A DNA stretch of 64,000 bases. It comes from Agathobacter sp. (GTDB lineage Bacteria; Bacillota; Clostridia; Lachnospirales; Lachnospiraceae). The notes beneath the pieces were generated by a model, which worked only from the letters and a program-made list of their open reading frames with translations, was not told the origin of the DNA and did no database searches. Location of the stretch: contig JAGAOC010000001.1 of assembly GCA_017623935.1 (NCBI GenBank), positions 6,168-70,167 on the forward strand, read 5' to 3'. Made by a program: the position numbers and the translations under genes. This document shows, piece by piece, positions 28,582 to 37,697 of this stretch. The stretch's first letter is position 1. Every line of letters begins with the position of its first letter.

Positions 28582-29172
28582 ATGAAAAACAAATTTCGTT
28601 TTATCTTAGCCGGACTTACTTTAGTAATGTCCATGAGTCTTTTTACTGCCTGTGGTACGAATAAGAAAAATAATACCACTACTCAGCAGAGCACAGAAAA
28701 CAACAAGGTAAATGAAACTACCAATGGTGTAAATGACACCAACAACACCGGAAACAACGTGGTAAACGATGTGGAAAACGCTGGTGAGAATCTGGTGAAC
28801 GGTGTAGGTGAAGCTGGTAAAGACGTGATCAATGGTGTGGAAAATGCAACAGATGACGTATTAAACGGTGGAAATAACAACAATGGTACAAACAATACCA
28901 CAAATAATGGAACCACCAATAATACTTCTAACGGCACCACAAATGGTGCTACCAACAATACTACAAACGGTACTACCAATAATACCAACAATGGTGCAAC
29001 CAGCAACACTTCTAAGAATACCACAAACAACACTACTACAGACGAGACTGTAAGCGTGTCTAGAAGTGCAATCGAAAGCTTAAAAGAAGCTGGCGAAGCG
29101 ATTCTTCGTGGTGTAGAAGAATTAACACAAACTAGCTATGCCAATAACAATGTAAATAAAACAACAAAATAA
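28582..29172 (+). CDS. Asn/Thr-rich lipoprotein, probably forespore-expressed
   Basis: AAGGAG RBS; lipobox LFTAC; NGTTNNT-type repeats; sigma-G promoter upstream. Confidence 0.75.
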   Translation: MKNKFRFILAGLTLVMSMSLFTACGTNKKNNTTTQQSTENNKVNETTNGVNDTNNTGNNVVNDVENAGENLVNGVGEAGKDVINGVENATDDVLNGGNNNNGTNNTTNNGTTNNTSNGTTNGATNNTTNGTTNNTNNGATSNTSKNTTNNTTTDETVSVSRSAIESLKEAGEAILRGVEELTQTSYANNNVNKTTK

Positions 29173-29232
29173 TCGTGCATGACACAAAATAAGCAGGAAC
29201 CTAAAGTTCCTGCCTACATAATACGAGGTTCT

Positions 29233-29727
29233 ATGAAAAAAGAAACATATCAGAAGATCATGAAATATTTTGAGGAGCATCCCTCACAAAAATCCATTCT
29301 AACCATGGGAAATAAGCTTTGTACCATCTTGGTATTTTTGTCTTATCCACTGCTTCTTTTCTATTTATTAATAGAAAGAAGTCCACAGTTAGCAGAAGCC
29401 ATCATTGTACCCATGAATACTTTTATCATTCTAACGGTGTTCCGGTATCTGGTAAACAGACCGAGACCCTATGAGAAATTTCAGACTCCGTCGGCGATTC
29501 TTAAAGACAAAAAAGGAAGTTCTTTTCCTAGCAGACACGTTTTTTCTGCTTTTATGATCGCACTTACGGTATTGGCATTTTGTCCATTGCCTTGGGCAGG
29601 GATATTGCTTCTTATAATATCAGCACTGATCGCCTTCATCCGGGTCATATCCGGAGTACATTTTATCAGTGATGTGTTGGCAGGTGCATTGTTTGCCATG
29701 GTGGCATCTCTATTCTACTGGCTGTAA
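29233..29727 (+). CDS. PAP2-family membrane phosphatase
   Basis: Motifs RPRPY, SFPSRH and RVISGVHFISDV. Confidence 0.88.
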   Translation: MKKETYQKIMKYFEEHPSQKSILTMGNKLCTILVFLSYPLLLFYLLIERSPQLAEAIIVPMNTFIILTVFRYLVNRPRPYEKFQTPSAILKDKKGSSFPSRHVFSAFMIALTVLAFCPLPWAGILLLIISALIAFIRVISGVHFISDVLAGALFAMVASLFYWL

Positions 29728-29788
29728 GCCACTGATTGAATTACTGGTAGTAAGTCAATTGTAGAATTACTGGATCTTACGAGCTTTC

Positions 29789-30664
29789 TTATAGAGAATT
29801 CCGGTATTGGCTTGGAGTCATGCCATAACGCTTTTTAAAAGCCCTATTAAAATAAGAAAGATTATCAAAGCCTACTTCGGAGGCAATGTTTAAGATTGCC
29901 GCGTCAGAGGTCACAAGGAGCCGGGCTGCCATAGTAAGTCGATAATCCTTTAGGTAATCCACGAAGGAAGTGCCCATGGTCTCTTTAAAATAACGCATAA
30001 AGTGGGATTCTGAGAAACCGGCTACATCAGCGATATCGGCAATACTGATGTGCTCCATATAATTGTTTTCTACATATTTTAAGACCAGTTTCATCTTATC
30101 TAAAGTACGTTTGCTCTTGATCGGTTTCGAAAGATTTCGGCAGCGGTTGTTTAAGATAAATAAAAGCTGATATAACTGGCTCTTAATAAAAAGCTCATAT
30201 CCTTGAGGTTTGGTACGGTTGATCTCGTCACAGGCGTCAATCGGTGCTGCCAGATCCTGATAATAAGGATAGACAGGTGTAAATACCGTTGGCACTGTGA
30301 TGGTTCCCTTCAAAAGGGGCAGCAGGAAATCCGTGCTGGAAGAATCATTTCGCTTCGGAAGCAGGATATTTGGATGGAACAGGATGTTCTCGTATTCCAT
30401 GGAACACTCATCCATTTGTTCAATACAATGTAACTGTCCCGGAATGATCAGCACGATCGTTGGTGCTTTTACTACATACTGGCGGAAATCTACAGTGATG
30501 CAACCTTTTCCTTTCTTCACATAAATGATTTCTATTTCTTCATGCCAGTGCAGAGGCACCTCGGAAAAATCCAGAGGGATCGAGCAAAGATACGTGTTAT
30601 ATGGAAAGACCATATCCACATGGTTTTTGTCTTCGTAATAATTTTCATATTCTAAGATATTCAT
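29789..30664 (-). CDS. AraC family transcriptional regulator
   Basis: Cupin LHWHEEIEI; C-terminal SESHFMRYFK and GFDNLSYFNRAFKKRYGMTP. Confidence 0.93.
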   Translation of the reverse strand: MNILEYENYYEDKNHVDMVFPYNTYLCSIPLDFSEVPLHWHEEIEIIYVKKGKGCITVDFRQYVVKAPTIVLIIPGQLHCIEQMDECSMEYENILFHPNILLPKRNDSSSTDFLLPLLKGTITVPTVFTPVYPYYQDLAAPIDACDEINRTKPQGYELFIKSQLYQLLFILNNRCRNLSKPIKSKRTLDKMKLVLKYVENNYMEHISIADIADVAGFSESHFMRYFKETMGTSFVDYLKDYRLTMAARLLVTSDAAILNIASEVGFDNLSYFNRAFKKRYGMTPSQYRNSL

Positions 30665-30766
30665 ACGTCCATTTTATCAGACTATTCCGTTTTTTTCCAT
30701 AAACGGAGTATAAATTCATGAGAAAATAAATTTTATAGTTACTAAATAGAAAAGGAGATCATACCT

Positions 30767-32701
30767 ATTTTAGCGAAAGAGAGACTGTGCGAGTTTTATG
30801 TTGCACAATATAAGAAAACCTGTAATGTTAAAAAGCAAAATCTAAGGCAGAACCGATATCTGCACCGGATCCATTCCATTGGAAATATCCTGCGTTCTTC
30901 CAGAGGAGCGGCGGGGCGAACCTTGCATGTGACCAAACTTCATAAAGAAGTAAAGCAGATGGCATTTTATGCCTATAATTTTCATAGTAAAAAAGCAATC
31001 TATGAGATCAATCATGTGTTGATCCCGGAATTGGTGCGACTGGATCTGGAAACTATGACTCCGGAAGAAAAAGAGGTCATGGGAGAAGATTTTCTGGAAT
31101 TGTTAGAAAAGACCGCAAAAGGAGAGATCTGTAACCGGGCATTGCGGGATATTTTTGTGGAAAAAAGGCAGAGTCAATTAAAGCAGGCGATCATGAAGCT
31201 GGTGCCACTGCGCCCGGAAATGGAATTCCCGGAAGCCCTTGCCATGAAACGGCATTTTGTGCTTCATGTGGGGCCTACGAACAGTGGTAAGACTTTTCAT
31301 GCTTTAGAACGGCTAAGATCAGCCAGAAAAGGCATATACTTAGGACCACTGCGTCTTTTGGCACTGGAAGTCTATGAAAAAATGAGAGAGTATAACGTTG
31401 CCTGTACCATGCTGACGGGACAGGAATGTCTCGAAATGGAAGGAAGTACCATTCAGGCTTCCACCATTGAAATGCTGGATGTGGAACAGGCTTATGAGGT
31501 GGCAGTCATTGACGAAGCCCAGATGATCGAAGATGAGACCAGAGGATATTCCTGGACAAGAGCCATCTTAGGGCTTTTGGCTGAAGAGATACATATCTGT
31601 ATGAGCCCGGCAGCAGAGCCTGTTATCACCCATTTGATCTCTTTATGCAATGATGATTATGAGATCCATCGGTACGAGAGAAAGACTAAGCTGGAATTTG
31701 AAGACAAGTCATTTTCTTTTCCAGAGGATGTAAAAGAGGGAGATGCCTTAGTTGTTTTTTCTAAGAAAGCCGTATTGGATGTGGCTGGCAGATTAGAGGA
31801 GCAGGGGATCGAGAGCAGTGTGATCTACGGAAGTCTGCCACCGGAGATCCGAAGACGTCAGATGACCCTCTTTACCAGTGGAGAGACTAAAATGGTAGTC
31901 TCTACTGATGCCATCGGTATGGGGCTGAATCTTCCGGTAAAACGGATCATTTTTATGCAGACAGAAAAATATGATGGACAGGCAGTGCGGAAACTGCTTC
32001 CGCCGGAAGTGAAGCAGATCGCAGGACGAGCCGGCAGGTTCGGGATCTACGATACGGGATATGTCAATGCTTTAGGAGACTCGGCAGCAGCCTTTATCCG
32101 ACAGCAGTTCTACGGAGAGGACGAAGTGATCGAGAAAGTAAACCTGGGATTCCCACAGGTACTTTTGGGCATGAAAGCCCCTCTGGATGAGATCTTAGTC
32201 CTGTGGCACGAAGAGCAGGCGAAGCCGCCATTTCATAAGATTTCCATTGATGATATGTTGCTTTTATACAGGACGGCTTACAAACGGAAAGGACGTATTC
32301 CGGGATTTTCTGACAAGTATCTGCTTTATCGCATGATCACTTGCCCTATCGACGTAAAAGACCGGGACGTGTTGGCGTTGTGGTTGTTCTACTGTGAGAA
32401 TTACACGGCAGATGTGTCTTTGTCCAAACCTTATCTGCATGGAAGATTGCAAGGCTTGGCGAAGTATGAATCCTATTATAAAAAACTGGATCTGTATTAT
32501 CAGTTCTCTGTGCGTATGGGAAAAGTCATGGATCAGGATTGGTTGGAAGAAGAAGGGGAAAAGACCCAGACCATGATCATGCAGCTTCTTTCTAAGGATA
32601 AGAATATGTATATTTCCCGGTGCCGGTATTGTGGAAGGGTCCTTCCGGTTGAGAACAGCCGGGGTGTTTGCAGACGGTGTCATAACATGAGATATGAGTG
32701 A
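30767..32701 (+). CDS. SUV3-like superfamily-2 helicase with C-terminal Cys4 motif (start uncertain)
   Basis: Motifs HVGPTNSGKT, PLRLLALE, IDEAQMI, IYGSLPPE, TDAIGMGLNLP, QIAGRAGRFG and CRYC...CRRC. The frame is open from 30746; the ORF track starts at TTG 30923. Confidence 0.82.
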   Translation: MLAKERLCEFYVAQYKKTCNVKKQNLRQNRYLHRIHSIGNILRSSRGAAGRTLHVTKLHKEVKQMAFYAYNFHSKKAIYEINHVLIPELVRLDLETMTPEEKEVMGEDFLELLEKTAKGEICNRALRDIFVEKRQSQLKQAIMKLVPLRPEMEFPEALAMKRHFVLHVGPTNSGKTFHALERLRSARKGIYLGPLRLLALEVYEKMREYNVACTMLTGQECLEMEGSTIQASTIEMLDVEQAYEVAVIDEAQMIEDETRGYSWTRAILGLLAEEIHICMSPAAEPVITHLISLCNDDYEIHRYERKTKLEFEDKSFSFPEDVKEGDALVVFSKKAVLDVAGRLEEQGIESSVIYGSLPPEIRRRQMTLFTSGETKMVVSTDAIGMGLNLPVKRIIFMQTEKYDGQAVRKLLPPEVKQIAGRAGRFGIYDTGYVNALGDSAAAFIRQQFYGEDEVIEKVNLGFPQVLLGMKAPLDEILVLWHEEQAKPPFHKISIDDMLLLYRTAYKRKGRIPGFSDKYLLYRMITCPIDVKDRDVLALWLFYCENYTADVSLSKPYLHGRLQGLAKYESYYKKLDLYYQFSVRMGKVMDQDWLEEEGEKTQTMIMQLLSKDKNMYISRCRYCGRVLPVENSRGVCRRCHNMRYE

Positions 32702-32853
32702 ATTTAATTCTTTTTTAACCCTTTTTGAATGGAATGAAAAATTGCTTAAAAATCAGGTAAAATCCTTGGTGCATTATTGCTAAAAAAAGCGCCTTAACAT
32801 TAGAAAATAGTGCCAATTGCGGAAAAAAACAAAAGGTGCTAAACTTAAATTAA

Positions 32854-32869
32854 GCGCAAACGGTTGCGC
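32854..32869. promoter_or_regulatory. LacI-family operator-like palindrome upstream of the galactanase
   Basis: GCGCAAACGGTTGCGC, a near-perfect palindrome with the central CG typical of LacI/CcpA sites. Confidence 0.65.
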
Positions 32870-32952
32870 ACTTGTTGCGCGCTACGGATTTGTGAACGAA
32901 AACCTGGGAGAAATTAAGCGTTTCTTCTGCACAATGAAAGGGAGGAAAAGAA

Positions 32953-35900
32953 ATGAAGAAAGGACTAAAAAGGCTGTTGAGCGGACTTTTAGCAGTAGTC
33001 ATGGTATTGTCGCTGGTATTAGTGGCTCCAACAGCAGGAAAGAACCTGGTAAAAGCCGGGGAAGACAGCACCTTTACCCTGTATTATTACTATGAGGGCG
33101 AAGATGTAACGATCTACATGGATATCTGGAATCATGCAGGTATCGAATTTGCAGAGTCTGCTACTACAGACAGCTCTTGGGGCTGGAATCACAGCCAGGG
33201 TGTGTTACAGGCAGTAGAAGGCAATGACAACTGGTATGCTATTGATGTAGAGATCGTAGATGCAACAGTAAGTGATGGATTTGATCTTTATGTGAACGAT
33301 TCCAGCACTAAGGTTGTTACATATGATGATCAGTGGAATAACACCACAGATTATGCTACTTTAGTTGGTGGAACCAGTGATTCTTATGCAGTAAAAGACT
33401 TTACTGTATACACAGATGTTACAGAAGCTGGTCTGGTATTTGAATCAAACGAAGAATCAACAACCATGACCCTGTATTATTACTATGAGGGCGAGGATGT
33501 AACGATCTACATGGATATCTGGAATCATGCAGGTATCGAATTTGCAGAGACTGCTACCACAGACAGCTCTTGGGGCTGGAATCACAGCCAGGGTGTGTTA
33601 CAGGCAGTAGAAGGCAATGATAACTGGTATTCTATTGATGTGGAGATCGTAGATGCAACAGTAAGTGATGGATTTGATCTCTATGTGAACGATTCCAGCA
33701 CTAAGGTTGTTACTTATGATGATCAGTGGAACAACACCACAGATTATGCTACTTTAGTTGGTGGAACCAGCGAATCTTATGCGATCAAAGAAAATACTGT
33801 TTATACAGATATTTCAGAAGCTGGTATCGTAAATAAAGTAGAATCTACTACATTCCAGTTATACTACTATGCTGGAGATGCTGATGTAGAGAATATCTAC
33901 TTAAATATCTGGAACCATGCAGGAATCACTTATGGTGAGAATGCAGTAACCGAAGCTGCTTTTGGATGGTCAAATCAGCAGGCAGTATTACAGGCAGTTG
34001 ATGGAAATGATGGTTGGTATGTAACAGAACTTAAGATCTTAGATGCAACCGTAAGCGATGGTTTTGATCTGTATCTGAATGATTCTGAAAGCAAATTAGC
34101 TTCTTATGATGATCAGTGGAACAACACCACAGATTATGGAACTCTGATCAGCCAGGAAAGTGAAGCATATGCCATCAAGAATTATACAGTATATGCTGAT
34201 ATTTCAGCAGCTGGTATTGAGATCGTAGAAGCTGAGTATTCTTATGAAGATTTACAGGCACTGATCGCAACTGCTCCTGCAGATTATGAGACTGCTGGAT
34301 TTACTTCCGACAGTGCAGCAGCTTTAAAGACAGCTCTTGCAGCAGCAACAGCTTGTACAGAGAGCACTTCTGCAACAGAGTTAGATAGTGCATATGTAGC
34401 ATTAAAAGATGCTCTTGCAGCATTAGTATATGAAGATGATGTTCTTACTATTGAGAAGGTAAATGGAATCACAGATGACTTTATCAAAGGTGTGGATATT
34501 TCTTCTTATATCACAGAAGTAAACAGCGGTGTTGTTTACAAAGATTGGAATGGTAATGCAGTAGATGGCGTAGGATTTATCAAACTCTTCGCTGATACTG
34601 GTGTAAATTATATCCGTCTTCGTGTATGGAATCAGCCATATGAAGTTGACGAAAACGGAAATCCTGCAAAGGATGAAAACGGAAATGTGAAATATTACGG
34701 CGGTGGAAATAACGATCTTGAAGTAACAAAAGAGATCTGTGAGATGATCGCAAAATACAATGAGCAGTATGATGGCAATGTTAAAGTGCTGATCGACTTA
34801 CAGTATTCTGATTTCTGGGCAGATCCAGAGAAACAGACAGCACCAAAAGCATGGGCTGATATCACAGATATCGATGAACTTACTGAGAAAGTAAGAGAAT
34901 TTACAATTGCAACATTAGAAGACATCGCTGAAACAGGTGTAGAGATCGGAATGGTACAGGTTGGTAACGAGACCAATACCGGAATCTGCGGAAGAAGCGA
35001 AGGATCTGATGATTACTATGAAGTATTTAAGGCCGGCTGCGATGCAGTAAAAGAATTTGACGAGAATGTATTAAGAGTAGTTCACTTTACAGACCCACAG
35101 AGTGCTTCTAAAGCGGATCATTTTGCTGGTTCTCTGTATAACAAAGATGTAGATTATGATGTATATGCAACATCTTATTATCCATTCTGGCATGGAACTA
35201 CAGATAACCTCTATCAGGTTTTAAAGAGCATTTCTACAAAATACGGTAAGATGGTCATGGTTGCAGAGACTCAGTATCCATATACCAATGATGATTATGA
35301 CGGATCTGACAACCAGGCATATGAAGGAAAAGACAACATCGATCTTTCTAAGTGGCCGGTATCCTTACAGGGACAGGCAAACGAGATCAGAGATGTCATC
35401 AATGCAGTTGCAAGAGTTGGTGAAAAAGGAATCGGTATGTTCTACTGGGAGCCAGCTTGGTTAGGCGTAGGCAATGCATATGATGAAGATGGTAATTTAG
35501 ATGAAGAAGCTTACAAAGCAAACCAGGAGAAATGGAATACATATGGTTCTGGATGGGCTTCTGAATATGCAGCAGAATACGATATGAGTGCTGCAAAATG
35601 GGGATATGGCGGAACCAACAATGAGAACGCTTCCCTGTTCGATTTCACAGGTAATCCAAATGCTACCTTAAACGTATTTAAATATGTAAACTATGGCTCA
35701 GTTTCTTCTTCTAAATCTTTCTATAGCATGGATGGAGTAGATGGAGCTACCGTATTAGTAGGAGCAACTGCAGATGAAATCCTTGCAGAACTTCCTACAG
35801 AAGCAGATTTCCTTTACAATGACAAGACAAGCGGAACTGCTAAGATCACTTGGAGCACAGATAGCCTGAACGAAGTGGCAGAGAAAGTTTCTACAACAAA

Positions 35901-37407
35901 TGCCATTGGTAACACTTATCTGGTTTCCGGAACAATTACAGTAGATGGAGAGGCACACACTGTAAATGCAGAGATCAGCGTAGAACCAGCTGAGAATCTG
36001 GTTGTAAACGGAGATTTCGAGACAGAAAATGCAGGAGAATGGACAGTAACTAACGATACTATCTTATTCCTCTCTACTGCAGGAGAGAATCCAAGAAACG
36101 GAAGTAAAGGATGTGTAACATTCAATACATATAGTGTTGAAGATCTTACAGCAGATGAGAATGGATGCTATGCAGCAATTCTTTCTCAGACAATTAAGGA
36201 TTTACCAGCTGGTGTTTATGAAGCAAGAACCTATTTTGAAGGATTAGATGGAGCTGGAAAGAATACTGGAGAATATTTAAATATCTCAGCAATATATGGG
36301 GATACTACTCAGACTTCTGACAATGCAACACTTTATGGCTGGATGGTTTGGCAGGCAGCAGTTGTTTCTGACATCGTTATCACAGATGAGATGGTAGAAG
36401 CTGGAACAAACAGTGTTACATTATATGCAAACGTAAGTCTTTTAGGAGAAACATGGGGATCTATCGACGACTTCTATCTGTACAGAACTGGTGACGTTGT
36501 GGATGATGAGGACGATACAACAGATGATGATACAACCGGCGACGATACAACAAATGATGATACCACTAACGACGATACAACAAATGATGATACCACTAAC
36601 GACGATACAACAAATGATGATGTCACTAACGATGACACAACTGAAGATGATGTAACTGGCGGAGATATTATCGGCAGTGGAGACCAGGAGGACGAGATTT
36701 CTCCAAATCCATCAGCTGGCGAAGATAACAATAATGAAACTGAGGATCAGGGATCTGAGTCTGATGAAGGTATTCCTACTGGTGGAACAGAAGATGTAGA
36801 TAAGATCATTGAGCAGATTAAAGCAACTGAAGCAGGTAAGACAACTACTCTTACTGTTGGAAAAGATGGAATGACAACAGTTCTTACCAAGGAAATGCTC
36901 CAAACTGCAAAAGCTGAAAAAGTAAATTTAGTTATTGATATGGGAGAATATACTTGGACAATTAAGGCTGACAGTATTAAATCTGCAAAAGATGTAAATT
37001 TAGAAGTTATCCTTGATACAAAAGGAATCCCTACAGACAAGATCAATGCACTTGGAAACGATATTTCTTATAGACAGCTGTCTTTAAAATATGATGGAGA
37101 ATTTGATTTTACAGCAACACTTACTGTTAATGTAGGATCAGAACACAAAGGAAAATACGGAAATCTCTATTATTACAACGATAAGAAGGAATTAGAATTT
37201 GTAGATTCTGCGATCATCGGAACAAACGGAAATATAAGCCTTGAGCTTACTCATGCTTCTGACTATGTGATCGTGATCGGAGAGAACATGGCAACAGATG
37301 ATACAGATACTGGTGATCATGCACCAATCCTTCCATTCGTATTAGTAATGTTAGCTGGATGTGCAATGGTCGTTGGCGTAGTAGCAAGACGCAAGAGCGC
37401 ACGTTAA
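32953..37407 (+). CDS. Cell-wall-anchored multimodular GH53 endo-beta-1,4-galactanase
   Basis: Signal peptide; three modules of about 128 aa; FIVAR-like helix; GH53 motifs (FIKGVDISS, NYIRLRVWN, YSDFWADP, VQVGNET, VAETQYP, FYWEPAW); Ig-like and CBM-like (NLVVNGDFE) domains; D/T linker; TDTGD, TM helix and RRK tail. Confidence 0.9.
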   Translation: MKKGLKRLLSGLLAVVMVLSLVLVAPTAGKNLVKAGEDSTFTLYYYYEGEDVTIYMDIWNHAGIEFAESATTDSSWGWNHSQGVLQAVEGNDNWYAIDVEIVDATVSDGFDLYVNDSSTKVVTYDDQWNNTTDYATLVGGTSDSYAVKDFTVYTDVTEAGLVFESNEESTTMTLYYYYEGEDVTIYMDIWNHAGIEFAETATTDSSWGWNHSQGVLQAVEGNDNWYSIDVEIVDATVSDGFDLYVNDSSTKVVTYDDQWNNTTDYATLVGGTSESYAIKENTVYTDISEAGIVNKVESTTFQLYYYAGDADVENIYLNIWNHAGITYGENAVTEAAFGWSNQQAVLQAVDGNDGWYVTELKILDATVSDGFDLYLNDSESKLASYDDQWNNTTDYGTLISQESEAYAIKNYTVYADISAAGIEIVEAEYSYEDLQALIATAPADYETAGFTSDSAAALKTALAAATACTESTSATELDSAYVALKDALAALVYEDDVLTIEKVNGITDDFIKGVDISSYITEVNSGVVYKDWNGNAVDGVGFIKLFADTGVNYIRLRVWNQPYEVDENGNPAKDENGNVKYYGGGNNDLEVTKEICEMIAKYNEQYDGNVKVLIDLQYSDFWADPEKQTAPKAWADITDIDELTEKVREFTIATLEDIAETGVEIGMVQVGNETNTGICGRSEGSDDYYEVFKAGCDAVKEFDENVLRVVHFTDPQSASKADHFAGSLYNKDVDYDVYATSYYPFWHGTTDNLYQVLKSISTKYGKMVMVAETQYPYTNDDYDGSDNQAYEGKDNIDLSKWPVSLQGQANEIRDVINAVARVGEKGIGMFYWEPAWLGVGNAYDEDGNLDEEAYKANQEKWNTYGSGWASEYAAEYDMSAAKWGYGGTNNENASLFDFTGNPNATLNVFKYVNYGSVSSSKSFYSMDGVDGATVLVGATADEILAELPTEADFLYNDKTSGTAKITWSTDSLNEVAEKVSTTNAIGNTYLVSGTITVDGEAHTVNAEISVEPAENLVVNGDFETENAGEWTVTNDTILFLSTAGENPRNGSKGCVTFNTYSVEDLTADENGCYAAILSQTIKDLPAGVYEARTYFEGLDGAGKNTGEYLNISAIYGDTTQTSDNATLYGWMVWQAAVVSDIVITDEMVEAGTNSVTLYANVSLLGETWGSIDDFYLYRTGDVVDDEDDTTDDDTTGDDTTNDDTTNDDTTNDDTTNDDTTNDDVTNDDTTEDDVTGGDIIGSGDQEDEISPNPSAGEDNNNETEDQGSESDEGIPTGGTEDVDKIIEQIKATEAGKTTTLTVGKDGMTTVLTKEMLQTAKAEKVNLVIDMGEYTWTIKADSIKSAKDVNLEVILDTKGIPTDKINALGNDISYRQLSLKYDGEFDFTATLTVNVGSEHKGKYGNLYYYNDKKELEFVDSAIIGTNGNISLELTHASDYVIVIGENMATDDTDTGDHAPILPFVLVMLAGCAMVVGVVARRKSAR
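33076..33826 (+). repeat. Near-identical intragenic duplication (393-bp period); a third diverged copy follows
   Basis: ACCCTGTATTATTACTATGAGGGCG... recurs at 33076 and 33469. Confidence 0.85.
36511..36660 (+). repeat. Five 30-bp coding tandem repeats (DDTTN linker)
   Basis: GACGATACAACAAATGATGATACCACTAAC-type units. Confidence 0.85.
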
Positions 37408-37450
37408 TTTCAAAGAGTGATAGATGACGCGAAGCGGAATCTATATAGAT

Positions 37451-37480
37451 AGGAGGACTGGAAACAGTCCTCTTATTTTG
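37451..37480 (+). terminator. Rho-independent terminator
   Basis: AGGAGGACTG-gaaa-CAGTCCTCTT followed by ATTTT. Confidence 0.75.
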
Positions 37481-37697
37481 TTACTAGGGAGCTCCTTTGG
37501 GATTTGGGGCTGTACGCAATCTTTTTAATTTTTACTATATAATATCGTAGGATTGTCCCTTTTTTTGGCAAATTTAGAAAAAATGATAGGATTGTACAAG
37601 TTTATGCGCTTTTATGACAAGATATTCCAATTCTGACCGTGTATACTAGGTTTATCGAAAGATAACAACGACGATATTTATTTTGGAGGGAAAACAA

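Noticed and set aside
28683-29033. Hydrophobic antisense ORFs (also 36474-36731, 55675-56001 and 57097-57495)
   Set aside because: They are shadows of low-complexity N/T/D/E-rich coding repeats on the opposite strand.
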